A DNA stretch of 64,000 bases from a virus, in the IMG/VR virus record IMGVR_UViG_3300035694_000001, positions 1-64,000 of that record, one strand, 5' to 3'. Of the stretch, positions 16,939-28,273 are shown one piece after another (within the stretch, counting starts at the first letter, position 1; the number at the start of each line of letters is the position of its first letter). The notes below the pieces were generated by a model. The model was given only the letters and a program-made list of their open reading frames with translations. It did no database searches and was not told where the DNA came from. Made by a program: the position numbers and the translations under genes.

Positions 16939-19900
16939 ATGCCAGACTACAATGTAGGTTCGGCATATCTTTGAAGTAGCTCTCTGTGCTTCCCGATATG
17001 TCGACGTTCGGGGCCAAGGTTAGGGAGGAGTTAGCTAAAGATAATTTTGATGTCGCGGTCACGATCAAGCCGGATACATCAGGCACAGGTAGTGCTGCCA
17101 CTGCAGGTGCCGAGTATGGTGACGCATTCGGTCAGGCGGCCCGCAAGGGCATTGAGGCAGCGCTTAAGGATCTTCCTAACCCATCTATCGACGCGGATAG
17201 TTCGCCGGCTGAGCGCAAGATAGCTGAGCTGCGGACTGAGCTGGAAGATCTCAAAGACAAGAAAATTGGCGTTGATATCACCGCCGATGAAGTGCTGGCC
17301 AAAGTTGCCGAGATCAAGGCAGCTCTCGAAGACATGGCCAAGGACAAAAAGGTAGACATCGCAGTCCGAACGGATGCGGCAGCTGCCTTCGCCGACCTGG
17401 CAGCCGTGAGCGCCGAGGCTGACGCGCTTGATGGCAAAGATGTTCGGTTGAAGGTTACCGATGATGGCTCGGCCAGCAGCACAAAGAACGATATCAATGC
17501 TTTGATGACTGCGGGCATTGCCCTTGGTCCTGCCATCATTCCAGTAGCTGCCGCTGTTGCGGCCGCGTTAGCCGGCATCGGTACCGGCGCCGTTCTCGGT
17601 GCTGCGGCTTTTGGTACCGTGCTGCTGGCTACCCACGGAATTAGCACAGCTGTCACTGACCTCACGACTGCTCAGCAGCAGCAGGGACAGAATGCAACAC
17701 AACTCGCCGCTCAGCAACTCTCTGCCGCTAATAGCGTTTCATCCGCTCAGGATGGCGTGCGTAATGCCATTACTGGTGTGGAAGACGCGGAGCGCTCGGC
17801 GGCTATTGCTAATCAGCAAGCGGCTGAGCAAGTAGCAAATGCTGAGCGGTCAAAGCAAGACGCGATTACTTCTGCGGGAATCGCTATTCAAGGCGCTTTA
17901 CAGTCTGAGAGCAGCGCAGAGCAAGCCCTCGGAAACGCAGAGCAACAAGAGCAAGTAGCACAAGAATCTCTCACTCTGGCCCGGCAGTCTGCGCAACGCC
18001 AAATAGAATCGCTCACACTGGCTGTCGAGGATGGTGCGCTAGCTGAGCGCCAGGCTCAGCTGAACATTCAATCAGCCAAGCAAGCTCTTGATACTGCCCT
18101 CGCTAACCCAACCGCCACAATACTGCAGCGGCAGCAGGCACAACTCACCTATGACCAAGCCGTTCAGCAGCTCACGGACGTTCAGGCCCGCAATGCGAAT
18201 AACGCACAGGATAAAGCCGCTGCGGACGCTGCTGGGGTCAATGGCTCCCAGCAGGTACAGGCTGCGCAACGAGGCGTTGTCTCGGCTACTCAGGCGGTAG
18301 GCAACGCGCAAACGGCCTTGGCCACGGCGCAGCAAAATGTTGATCAAGCTCGGGCCAAGGGTGCTGAGCAGATCATGGTGGCACAGCAGGCCTTGACCGA
18401 CGCCGAGGCGAAGCAGGCGGAGACTGCACGGGCTGGGGCTGAGAGCGTTACCAAAGCGCAAGAGGCTGAGGTATCAGCTAACCGGGCACTGGCCGGCGCG
18501 CTGGCGCAGCAGGCGGCTCAGCAGGCCACGGTATCTAGCTCGGCGCAGAAGCTCGCCCAGGACATGGCTAACCTCTCGCCGGCTGGCCAGCAGTTCGTGT
18601 ATTTTGTGCATGACTCCCTTGAGCCGAAGGTCAAGGAGTTGCAGGCGACGGCCCAGCAGGGTTTATTGCCTGGGGTTGAAGCGGGTCTGCAAGCTATGTT
18701 TCCGGTATTCCCTGAGATCAATGGTCTCATCGGCACGGTATCGACCTCCATAGGAGACATGGCGCGCCGAGCGGGACAGGCGCTTAATGATCCGTTCTGG
18801 CATGGGTTCATCGCGTTCATCAATGGCGAAGCAGGGCCGAGTTTTAAGATCTTCGGCTCGGTCCTCGGCAATTTTGCTCAAGGTGGCGCGGCTATCCTTG
18901 AAGCATTTAAGCCGGTGTGGGACCAGATGGGCGCTGGGGTACTGGGCCTATCCCAAAGGTTCGCTGATTTCAGCAAGAACATGGGCCAAAATACACAGTT
19001 CCAAGCTTTCTTGGCCTATGTGAAAGAAGAAGGCCCCAAGGTTGTTGCATTCCTAGGTGATCTCATTACAGCGTTTGTGCACCTAGGACAATCCCTCGGC
19101 CCGGTAGGCGGAATTGTCCTCACAGTAGTGGATTCTTTCGTCAAGTTCATTGCATGGATTCCTACCCCGGTGCTTGGGCCGTTGGTCACTGCTTTGTATC
19201 TCGCGTACTTGGCTTACTCGGCTCTCAAAATTATCGAGAATGTCAATACGTTTATCAAAGATAATACGTTGATCACGAAAGCTAGCGAAGCGGCTCAGCT
19301 AGCATGGAACACAGCCGGCGCAGCTGGCGCGTACGTGATGGGGGCTATTCGAGATAGCACCCTCCTTGCTACCGTGGCGACTTACGCGCAGAGTGCCGCG
19401 TCGGGAATTGCTACGGCCGCTCAGTGGCTGTGGAATGCAGCCATGGATGCTAACCCCATTGGGGTTGTGATCCTTGCGTTGGCGGCCCTCGTTGTTGGAG
19501 TGGTCTACTGCTATACCCACTTCCAAACATTCCGAGATATTGTTGTTGATGTTTGGACAGTGATTAAAGACATCATAGAGGCGGTGTGGAATTATACTAT
19601 TCGCGTTATCTTTGACGAGATAAATGCGGGTTTGCGCATCCTCGATGACGCGTGGAATGTGTTTCTTGGCGTTGTCCGGCTGGTTTGGGACGGCATCAAG
19701 GTTGTGTTCGATGCACTAACTGGTAACTGGCAGGGCGTTGTTAACGCTTTCAATGACGGCATGAACACTCTGCAAACCATCTGGAACCGGCTTGTTGACA
19801 TCGCGAAAACTCCAGTTAATTTCGTTATTGACACCGTCTACAATCACGGCATCGTGCCCGTGTGGAACGGGATTGCCGGGGTCTTCGGGCTAGGCACCCT

Positions 19901-20885
19901 GCCGCCGGCAGCTCTGCTGGCCGAGGGTGGCGTGCTCCCAGGCTATGCCCCTGGTCGCGACACTGTGCCGGCCATCCTCTCAGCTGGAGAGGGTGTGCTT
20001 GTACCTGAGGCAGTGCGCGGGCTAGGCGCTGATTTCGTGCACACGGCAAACTCACACTTCTCAGGAGGACGAGCAAACTCACGAGGAGTCACGCACTTTG
20101 CCGGCGGTGGCATCGTCGGCACTCTTGCCAGCATTGTGGCTGACCCTGTGGGATCGATCAAGAGTTTGTTCAGCAATGTTACGAGTGCGGTTATTCCGGG
20201 CTCTGGTTTGCTGCACCAAGCTTTGGTGGACATCCCAGGCAAGATCATTGATGCGATAACAGCCAAGGCCAAGAATCTCGTTACCTCGATCGGCTCGGCA
20301 TTCAGCGCTGCTTTCACCGGAAGCCCAGACCTGGCAGGATGGATTGCACAAGCGATCAGCCTTACCGGGGTTCCTGGGTCCTGGGCTGGGCCGCTGAGTG
20401 TGCTTATCGGTCGAGAATCTGGCGGTAACCCGAACGCTATCAACCTCTGGGACAGTAACGCAGCGGCAGGGCACCCATCGCAAGGGTTGATGCAGACCAT
20501 TCCGGGCACATTCATGGCCTACCACCAAGCCGGCACGAGCTTTAACATTCTTGATCCTATCGCGAACATTGCGGCAGGTATCAATTACATCAAAGCTCGG
20601 TACGGTGACATTTTCCATGTGCAGCAAGCCAATCCGAACCTACCCCCGCAAGGGTACGACTCGGGAGGCTGGCTGCCGCCTGGTATCACCATGGCATACA
20701 ACGGGACAGGCGCGGCCGAAAGAATTTTGACTGCACCGCAGTATCAAGCACTCTCAACGGCAGCGCAAGGCAGTGGACAGCAACCTATCAATGTCAATGT
20801 GTACCCACGGGCTGAGCACTCCGAGGCGGACATTGCTGACATGGTGGAACGCCGGCTTTCTTTTGCTTTGCGGGCCGTGACGTGA
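16939..20885 (+). CDS. Tape measure protein with C-terminal lytic transglycosylase; N-terminus interrupted by an 11-nt gap (continuous ORF 16986-20885)
   Basis: Ala/Gln-rich helical protein; [15 protein letters not shown]; [28 protein letters not shown] (SLT). Upstream mini-[14 protein letters not shown] supplies the expected N-terminus. Confidence 0.93.
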
Positions 20886-20904
20886 GGGAAGGTGGGATTT
20901 AAGC

Positions 20905-21831
20905 GTGACGTTTCCTATCTTCCCCACAGTCACTCTCGATGGGCAGACGTGGTTGTTTCGAGTGGAGGGTGGCCCCCTGCCTCTCGACGCTAACGGCGTG
21001 GAGTGGATCTTAACCAAGTTCGATGGCTGGGGCGGCCGGCCAGCCCCACGCACCGCGCGCACTGACCGGCAGGGCCACTCGGGGTCTTTCCGCTCAGCGG
21101 CCTACACAAGCCCGCGCATCATGAACCTAGAGGTTGTGGCCACCGCGCCCAGCGTCGCGGCCATGCGAGCGGCTGAGACTGCTATGGCCGCCATCTGCTC
21201 TGACGGAGCGAAGCTCTACGAGATGGCGGTCTCTGAATCCGGCTCTGCCCTCTCGGTCTTCATTGAGCTGGACGACGCAACACTGACCACGCCGCGTCTG
21301 TGGAATCAATCCGTGTTCAGCTTGCGTGTCGCTGCCCCGGATCCCCGCAAACATGATTCATCGTGGCAGAGCCCCATCGGTAACCTGGGAGTCGCGCCGA
21401 CCGGCGGCGCAGCGTTCGCCACTCCTGGTTTGGTTTTCTCGTCGTACGTCGACTACGGCACGCCCGGTGTGCCCTCGGCAGTGACAGTACATAACGCGGG
21501 CACCACGGTTGCGCATCCGTTGTTTGTTGTCGCTGGCCCAGTGGCGACAAACTGGCAGATAGCTGACATCACTAATGGAACCATCATTACGTACACTAAG
21601 GCGCTGGGGCCGACTGACGTCGTAACCATTAACAGTGATGACTTTGTGGCTCAAGGCTTCCCGGGGCATGGAGTGTACCTCAATACCACTAACAACCAGC
21701 GCTCCTCACTGCTAACCCCCGGCGGCTGGCCGTATGTGCTGCCTGGCCAATCAGTTACCTACAATTTGCGATCAACCGCATACTCACCGGCAGCTTCCAT
21801 GACGGTAAATCTTAGATCGGCATGGAACTGA
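20905..21831 (+). CDS. Distal tail protein (Dit-like)
   Basis: D.NGVEW.LT..DGWGG.P, APDPRK, HNAGT...P...V.GP; follows tape measure. Confidence 0.85.
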   Translation: MTFPIFPTVTLDGQTWLFRVEGGPLPLDANGVEWILTKFDGWGGRPAPRTARTDRQGHSGSFRSAAYTSPRIMNLEVVATAPSVAAMRAAETAMAAICSDGAKLYEMAVSESGSALSVFIELDDATLTTPRLWNQSVFSLRVAAPDPRKHDSSWQSPIGNLGVAPTGGAAFATPGLVFSSYVDYGTPGVPSAVTVHNAGTTVAHPLFVVAGPVATNWQIADITNGTIITYTKALGPTDVVTINSDDFVAQGFPGHGVYLNTTNNQRSSLLTPGGWPYVLPGQSVTYNLRSTAYSPAASMTVNLRSAWN

Positions 21832-22226
21832 TGAGGCCCCACAGGCATCCTGCGAATATCGCACTGCATGACCGGAAGAGCCGAGTAGATGCGGCAGTCG
21901 GGCGATTCGTGGTGTACTTCGGTTCATTAAAGTTCATCACACAGCAGACATTGATAATCATTCTATGGATCGCAGCTAATATACTCGGCATCATTCGCCA
22001 CTGGGATCCTTATCCCTTCATCCTTTTGAACCTTGTCTTTTCTACTCAGGCAGCGTACGCAGCCCCGTTAGTGTTGATGGGTCAGAATAGGTCAGCTGAG
22101 CATGACCGGCTCCGTGCGGAAGAATCGTTTGCCACCACGAACAAGACGCTAATGGAGCTAAGTCAACTCCGAGCTGAGCATGCCGAGTTCCGGGCCGAGT
22201 TGACGGCTCTCCTGAAGGGAAACTAG
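21822..22226 (+). CDS. DUF1003-family membrane protein
   Basis: WDPYPFILLNLVFSTQAAYAAPLVLMGQNR. Confidence 0.85.
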   Translation: MELMRPHRHPANIALHDRKSRVDAAVGRFVVYFGSLKFITQQTLIIILWIAANILGIIRHWDPYPFILLNLVFSTQAAYAAPLVLMGQNRSAEHDRLRAEESFATTNKTLMELSQLRAEHAEFRAELTALLKGN

Positions 22227-23413
22227 TGGCTAATATCTCACCGCATCAACAGCCGGGGTATGTCGATAAAGACACCACCAATAACAACGGTGATACCGCT
22301 CAGGCGTTCCGCTACGCGGCAGGGGCTCTTGCCCAACCAGCTCCCCTTCAAACTTTCCAGTGGGCATCCGGTATCTTTCCTGGTGACTCGAACGCAGCCG
22401 TCATTACCGACTACCAAACCACCCAAGCGAGCCCCTCGGCTAACATGACAGTGCTCGTGCAACCTGGCCAGCTCATCGTTAACCGCTCTTCCGGTGGCCC
22501 CTATATCGGCACAAGCAACGCGGCCTTTTCTGTCACAATCCCAGCCTCGAATACCAATCCGCGCATTGACTATGTGATTATGCGTGTGCGTGACCTCGGC
22601 ATTGACGGAGTCAGTCTGGCCGTGCGGACCTATGACGCGGTCGTGCTATCTGGGACGCCCGGCGGCAGCCCAGCTGAGCCGGTTGGCCAGCTCACCGACG
22701 GAGATATCGTCCTTGCTGCTATCACGGTGCGCGCGAACACCACAAGCATCCTTAACTCAGACATCTCTGATCGACGTCTCTTCGTGGCGGCTCAGGGCGG
22801 CATTTACCCGATGTCGGCGAACGATACTCGGGTAGGCGCCTACCCTGGGCAAGTCCGATACAACATGAATACTGGTAACTACGAGGGATGGAATGGTTTA
22901 GCTTGGGTGATCATCGCATCCCCAGCTGTGTGGTCCTCGTGGTCGCCGACGCTGCATTATAACGGTGCTGGTGGCATCGGAGCTGGGACGGTCAACCTCG
23001 GTACCGGCGGTACCGTTGTCGGGCGTTACATGCAGCAAGGCAAATTACTCAACATTGCTTACACCTTCACCTGGGGATCTACCGGGTTTAGTGCGGGGGC
23101 CGGCCCAATCAACTGCTTGCTGCCACCCGGATACACTTCGCGAAACCTCGGCGAAACGCATGTGCCGTGTATGTGGTACTCCGGCTCGGTTACCAAGACC
23201 GTGTGGTCTGGCTTGGCTTACATCGGGCCGAACAGTAACGGCCTTAGCCCTCGTTTCCCAATCGGGCCTGGCAATCCAAGCATCTGGGAACTAGCGACTC
23301 AAGGCTATGGCGGAGTGACCGGCGTAGGCACGGGCACGCCGAATATAGCGGGCGCATTCAGTGATGGGCCAGCAGCAGTGCTGTCCATCATGGGAGCAAT
23401 CGAAATCCAGTAG
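22226..23413 (+). CDS. Minor tail protein
   Basis: NMTVLVQPGQ, NPRIDYVIMRVRD, LAAITVRAN...ISDRR; W.SWSPTL...GRYMQ.GK. Confidence 0.8.
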   Translation: MANISPHQQPGYVDKDTTNNNGDTAQAFRYAAGALAQPAPLQTFQWASGIFPGDSNAAVITDYQTTQASPSANMTVLVQPGQLIVNRSSGGPYIGTSNAAFSVTIPASNTNPRIDYVIMRVRDLGIDGVSLAVRTYDAVVLSGTPGGSPAEPVGQLTDGDIVLAAITVRANTTSILNSDISDRRLFVAAQGGIYPMSANDTRVGAYPGQVRYNMNTGNYEGWNGLAWVIIASPAVWSSWSPTLHYNGAGGIGAGTVNLGTGGTVVGRYMQQGKLLNIAYTFTWGSTGFSAGAGPINCLLPPGYTSRNLGETHVPCMWYSGSVTKTVWSGLAYIGPNSNGLSPRFPIGPGNPSIWELATQGYGGVTGVGTGTPNIAGAFSDGPAAVLSIMGAIEIQ

Positions 23414-23465
23414 TTTTGACTACCCTGTGTTATACCAGCGAAGGTCGTTGTAGTACACTTAGATC

Positions 23466-24227
23466 ATGACCAGAGCTAATAGCGACTTCTACACCTGCTT
23501 GAGCTGCGGAACCAGTCGAACTGGTGACGAGATGAGATACCCTGGTAAAACAAAGGGCATGCCACGGATGGTATGCCAAGTTTGTTGTCTAGCACGCCCT
23601 GATCAAGCATGGTGTAATGGGCATCGAACATTCCATCTTAAAAATCAGTTTCACACAAATAGAAAACGACCTGAGGGTGTCACCGAATCATGTAAAATTG
23701 TGTTGACGATTCATCAGTACAATTATCGTCATGGATACCAGTCTGATATTAGACTTCGCACTTGTATGATCTGCAAGGAGAACAAACATCCTTGTTCGTT
23801 TCGCGGCGGGATAAACAAGCGGTACATATGCACGATTTGCTCAGAGGGCCATCCTGGAAAATCTTGGTGTGTTGGGTGTGAAGATTGGGGTCCTTTAGAT
23901 TGGTTTGAAATAAGTTCCCGGCGTAATCCTATGTCATGGTGTGCTTTGTGTTGGGCTCTTCGCACACACAACACAGATCTAAAAACTGTACTAGCTCGGC
24001 AAGGATCTGTAAAACCTGACTGCGCCGTTTGTAGCCTAAACGACCGGCGTTGTCTTTGTGTAGATCACGATCATCGTTGTTGTCCCGGAGATCGATCATG
24101 TGGAAAATGTGTGCGAGGTTTATTATGTCGAACTTGCAATCGCATCGAGGGTTTGTTAGGAACCACATCTAAAGCAACTCGTATGCTGGCCTACATGACC
24201 AAGGCGGATGGTGCCTTTGGTGTATAG
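23466..24227 (+). CDS. Endonuclease VII-type homing endonuclease
   Basis: CAVC...LCVDHDHRCC....SCGKCVRGLLCRTCN; AT-richer than flanks. Confidence 0.85.
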   Translation: MTRANSDFYTCLSCGTSRTGDEMRYPGKTKGMPRMVCQVCCLARPDQAWCNGHRTFHLKNQFHTNRKRPEGVTESCKIVLTIHQYNYRHGYQSDIRLRTCMICKENKHPCSFRGGINKRYICTICSEGHPGKSWCVGCEDWGPLDWFEISSRRNPMSWCALCWALRTHNTDLKTVLARQGSVKPDCAVCSLNDRRCLCVDHDHRCCPGDRSCGKCVRGLLCRTCNRIEGLLGTTSKATRMLAYMTKADGAFGV

Positions 24228-24239
24228 AAACGAGGAATA

Positions 24240-24866
24240 ATGAGCTTCCAGTGGTACCGTCAGGCACCTGTCCACGCTTGGAACCAAGAAATCAAGTTCA
24301 CCGCAGATACGATCAAGGCAACACTACACACAAGCACGTACACCCCATTGCCTGATACCCATGCTTACGTATCCGACCTCAGTAATGAACTGACGACAGC
24401 CAACGGATATACAGTCGGTGGGCTCACGCTGGCCAGCTGCACATGTGCCTACACGGCTGCTAACTCCTGGTCGACTGCTTGGGCTGCGTCGACTGCTTAT
24501 GCGCTGGATTTCGTCATCCGGCCGTCGTCTGGTAATGGGTTTCTGTACCGATGCGCGGTTGCTGGCACGTCGGGCGCCTCGGCCCCTACTTTCCCCACGG
24601 TGGTAGGTACCACGGTCACAGACGGCGGGGTGACCTGGGAATGTGTGGGCTCAGGTGTTGTCGTCTTCAACGCCACATCTCCGAGCTGGGCTACGGCCAC
24701 GTTCGGCCCTTGCAGGTACTTGGTTCTTAGCGATAGGACTCCTGGCACCGCTGCGACGCAGCCGTTGATCGGCTACTTCAACTTCGGTTCAGACAAGACC
24801 GGCCAAGGCGGTGCATTCACTTACAACTTCAATGCACAAGGCATTGCTATGATTTTCGTTCCGTAA
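24240..24866 (+). CDS. Virion structural protein with inserted carbohydrate-binding-like module
   Basis: DTIKATLHTSTYTP...NGYTVGG; insert WAASTAYA...YRC..AGTSG...PTFPT..G.TVTDG.VTW. Confidence 0.7.
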   Translation: MSFQWYRQAPVHAWNQEIKFTADTIKATLHTSTYTPLPDTHAYVSDLSNELTTANGYTVGGLTLASCTCAYTAANSWSTAWAASTAYALDFVIRPSSGNGFLYRCAVAGTSGASAPTFPTVVGTTVTDGGVTWECVGSGVVVFNATSPSWATATFGPCRYLVLSDRTPGTAATQPLIGYFNFGSDKTGQGGAFTYNFNAQGIAMIFVP

Positions 24867-24894
24867 GATGTTTCATTGATGGAAGGAGCCGTGC

Positions 24895-27800
24895 GTGGCT
24901 ACACGGCTCTACTTCAATAACACAGCGGCACCCTACACTCCAACCACTATCCGGGGCACGTGGAGCCTCACTACGGGTGCAGTTACTAAGTTGCTGGGTG
25001 CAGCTCACGATAGCGGGGCGCCTGCCACAGTCGCTGTTGCTGAAACTAATAGTTCCACTACATATAACGTGCTGTGGGGGCGATGGATTTCCGCGCCGGC
25101 AGCAGTTAGCGGAAATCTCTCTGGTGTTGTCTCTTGGGCTGTTGGTGTTAAAGAGTCAAGCCTTAGTGCGCTCGATGTCCTCCGCGTGCACATCTATGTT
25201 ACTACGGGAAGTAGTGATACTCCGCGCGGCACACTGCTAGCTAACTACACCGATACTGTCAGATTCACCACCACCGCTGCCGGTATTTCATCGCTTGACG
25301 TAGCGATCAGCACAGTAGCTGTAACGGCCGGAGACCGCGTTGTTGTCGAGATCGGCTACGAAGCACAAAATAGCTCGACATCTTCATTTACCGGAACGAT
25401 GAACTACGGCGGTAACCAGTTCTTCCGGGACTTGGTTGCCGCCCAATCTTCTGGCAGCCATGGTACCGATCCCACCACAGGCTTTGGTTGGGTGCAGTTT
25501 TCTGACCCTAATAGCGTGCTGGTCGCGGCGCCGACGTCGAGCGCCAACAAGTGCCCTAACCCAGCGGCGAAGACCTACCAGGACTTCTGGTCAACCGTAT
25601 CGGGAACCACCGTCACGCAGCCCGCCGAGACTGGATTCAGTCGTACCACGGGACTGCATATTGTCATGGGCACGGTTGCGTCGCCGACCGATCCGAACAT
25701 CCAACCAGGAATAGCGCCTGCCTCTGCCGGGGAAACCTGGTCATCATACGTTGAGATCAAAGGATCACTCACCTCTCCTGACACCACAACGTGCTGGCTT
25801 AACTTCTTAGACGCTAGAGGCAACTTTCTTACGCCTAACCCGTCGCAGACTATTACGCCGACAAATACTGCGCAGACGGTTATTTTCAACGGATATACAG
25901 CTCCGACTAACGCAGCATCAGTCGGAATATCTGTTGAAGGCACCATGTCAACAGGTGACACGATGGACGTCACTTGTGTTCGATACGATATTGCCGCTTC
26001 CCTCTCGGCATACGCAGATGGCGACAGCACGGGATGGTCTTGGGATAATGCTCTAACTGACGGCGATTCACCGTCACGCCAAAACAACACACCTACCAGT
26101 ATTGCAGGAGATACTTCAAGCGGGCAGCGTTTTAGCGGCCCTACTGGTGCTAACGCTATCGGTGTTGTCACTACAGGAGACACGCCAGCTGCGCACCGCG
26201 CGGCGGGGCCGTCCGGGCTCGGCCCTAATGTGGCGCCTGCCGGCGACTCCCCAGCCGCGCAGCGCAGCGCGGGGCCTGACGGTGGTCTAGCTCTAGGGGT
26301 ATCCCTGACGGATAGCCCCTCAGCGGCTCGCCAGGCCGGCCCTGACGGACTCATGGCCATCGGGGTATCCCTGACGGACAGCCCCTCGGCGCAGCGCTTC
26401 TCTGGGCCCGATGGCGCGGCCGGCGTAGGTGTCACGTTCGGACCTGACACCCCAGGTGCCCAGCGCAGCGGCGGCCCCGATGGCACGGCTGCCATCGATC
26501 TCAGCAGCACGGCTCCGCCCTCGGGGCTGCGCAGTGCTGGGCCTAACGGATCCCTGGCCTTGGGCGTCACCACCACGGACACGCCCTCAGCGGGCCGGTA
26601 CGCCGGCCCTGTGGGCTCCGTATTCGCTGATGTGGGCGGAAGCGTCAGCCTCACCGATACCCCCTCGGCGCGGCGTGTTGCAGGACCGGACGGCGCGCTG
26701 GTGCTGAGCATCGTGCTCGTAGGGGATTCACCCAGCGCCGCACGGTTTGCGGGCCCTGACGGCGTGTTGGCCATTGGTTTCGTACTTACTGACACCCCCT
26801 CGGCCGAGCGCGATGGCGGCCCAGACGGCGTGGTTATCGCGATTCTCAGTGACTCGCCGAGCGGGCTGCGCTTCTATGGGCCTGACGGAGCGATGGGGAT
26901 AGATCTCCCCATTACGGCGGATACACCCTCGGCGCCCCGTTGCGCCGGCCCTGTCGGGCTTGTGGGTATCGGCATCGGGGCCGATGTCATTGCGGGCACG
27001 GCCGCCCCTTCAGGATCTCGCTATGGTGGCCCGCTGGGTGAAGTACTGCTGGCGATGTTGCCCAGCCGACCGCCTTATACCCCCTCGGCACCCACAGTGG
27101 CGCCCAGTTACACACTATGGGTGGCCGATACTTGTACTGGCCGGATGCTGTGGGAGCTGCCGGCGGAAACGCTCAGCTGGAATAACAAGCTCAATGATGT
27201 GGGCACGATAACAACATCACTCTCTGTTGAGAGCATCTGGGATGCCCTTTCTGACCAGGACGAGCGAGATCCTCGGATCATGCTTAGAGAGATCCTCAGC
27301 GGTCCTTGGCGATTCTCGTTGGTGCTGAAGTGGGGCAATAACGCAGTTTGGGCAGGGCCTTATCTCACGATGTCTCGGCCGACCCCTCAACATGTTGTCC
27401 TCAACGGTGCCGAGATAGCTAAGATTTTCTCTAAGCGCGCACTTATTAAACCAGGGGCTATCTCAGCAGTAGATCCGACTGCTGATACGTCGTTTGGTCC
27501 GGGCGCAACGAAATCACATGTGGCGGCAGCCTTGGTGAGTCAGGCGCTAACCGGCACAGGTAATAGTCTACCTATCACTGTCACAGATCCGGGCGGCTCA
27601 GGCACCGATGCCCGAGTTTACTACGGATATGACTTGGCATACTACTGGGATCAATTAGTGGCATTAATGGCCGAGGTAGACGGCCCAGAAATCCGGTTTG
27701 ATCCGCAAATTACGCCAGGCTCTGACGGAGATTACGTGTCCTGGGTAATGCAGGTCGGCACCCCTTATCTTGGACGCGATGCAACAACGTGGGTGTTTGA

Positions 27801-28272
27801 TTCGGATGTTACGTCAATTGTGGGCATGGATGCGGATAGTTCTTCCATGGCTATGGGAGTGTGGTCTTCAGGCACAGGCCAGTCTCGGGATAAACTCATC
27901 GCTCATTCAACAGACACAAGTCTGTTGAATCTTGGGTGGCCGATGCTGGAATCTGTAGATAACACGCATACATCAGAAATATGGTACCCGATCCTAGCGG
28001 CGCACAATGCCGGGGCACTTGATGCTTACAAGCAGCCTGTGGTGTCTTTTAACGTAATGGTGGCTGCTGATTCCGACCCCATGGCCGGCACGTACCGGGT
28101 AGGACAGGATTTCTCAGTAGACGTGCACGGTGACCCCATTATCCCAGATGGGTTCTATACCCGCCGTATCGCGGCTATCAACGGCACAGAGAAACCCTGG
28201 GTGACTATCACAGATGTTGGCCCTGTCCCGTTGGCGGCTATCGGTCCACTCACAACTTTAGGCGGTCCGTAG
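24895..28272 (+). CDS. Large minor tail protein: beta-rich N-domains, 14 repeats of about 22 aa, C-terminal baseplate-hub-like domain
   Basis: C-terminal YTLWVAD..TG..LWELP...SW...LND.GT, VWAGP, DGPEIRFDP, GWP.LE. Confidence 0.8.
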   Translation: MATRLYFNNTAAPYTPTTIRGTWSLTTGAVTKLLGAAHDSGAPATVAVAETNSSTTYNVLWGRWISAPAAVSGNLSGVVSWAVGVKESSLSALDVLRVHIYVTTGSSDTPRGTLLANYTDTVRFTTTAAGISSLDVAISTVAVTAGDRVVVEIGYEAQNSSTSSFTGTMNYGGNQFFRDLVAAQSSGSHGTDPTTGFGWVQFSDPNSVLVAAPTSSANKCPNPAAKTYQDFWSTVSGTTVTQPAETGFSRTTGLHIVMGTVASPTDPNIQPGIAPASAGETWSSYVEIKGSLTSPDTTTCWLNFLDARGNFLTPNPSQTITPTNTAQTVIFNGYTAPTNAASVGISVEGTMSTGDTMDVTCVRYDIAASLSAYADGDSTGWSWDNALTDGDSPSRQNNTPTSIAGDTSSGQRFSGPTGANAIGVVTTGDTPAAHRAAGPSGLGPNVAPAGDSPAAQRSAGPDGGLALGVSLTDSPSAARQAGPDGLMAIGVSLTDSPSAQRFSGPDGAAGVGVTFGPDTPGAQRSGGPDGTAAIDLSSTAPPSGLRSAGPNGSLALGVTTTDTPSAGRYAGPVGSVFADVGGSVSLTDTPSARRVAGPDGALVLSIVLVGDSPSAARFAGPDGVLAIGFVLTDTPSAERDGGPDGVVIAILSDSPSGLRFYGPDGAMGIDLPITADTPSAPRCAGPVGLVGIGIGADVIAGTAAPSGSRYGGPLGEVLLAMLPSRPPYTPSAPTVAPSYTLWVADTCTGRMLWELPAETLSWNNKLNDVGTITTSLSVESIWDALSDQDERDPRIMLREILSGPWRFSLVLKWGNNAVWAGPYLTMSRPTPQHVVLNGAEIAKIFSKRALIKPGAISAVDPTADTSFGPGATKSHVAAALVSQALTGTGNSLPITVTDPGGSGTDARVYYGYDLAYYWDQLVALMAEVDGPEIRFDPQITPGSDGDYVSWVMQVGTPYLGRDATTWVFDSDVTSIVGMDADSSSMAMGVWSSGTGQSRDKLIAHSTDTSLLNLGWPMLESVDNTHTSEIWYPILAAHNAGALDAYKQPVVSFNVMVAADSDPMAGTYRVGQDFSVDVHGDPIIPDGFYTRRIAAINGTEKPWVTITDVGPVPLAAIGPLTTLGGP
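26104..27045 (+). repeat. Coding tandem repeat, about 14 copies of (T/G)D(T/S)PSAxRxAGPDGxxxIGxxx
   Basis: Read directly from the translation; e.g. GGGGTATCCCTGACGGA occurs twice. Confidence 0.9.
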
Positions 28273-28273
28273 A

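Noticed and set aside
25575-26795. 406-aa minus-strand ORF
   Set aside because: Antisense shadow of the repetitive GC-rich tail gene.
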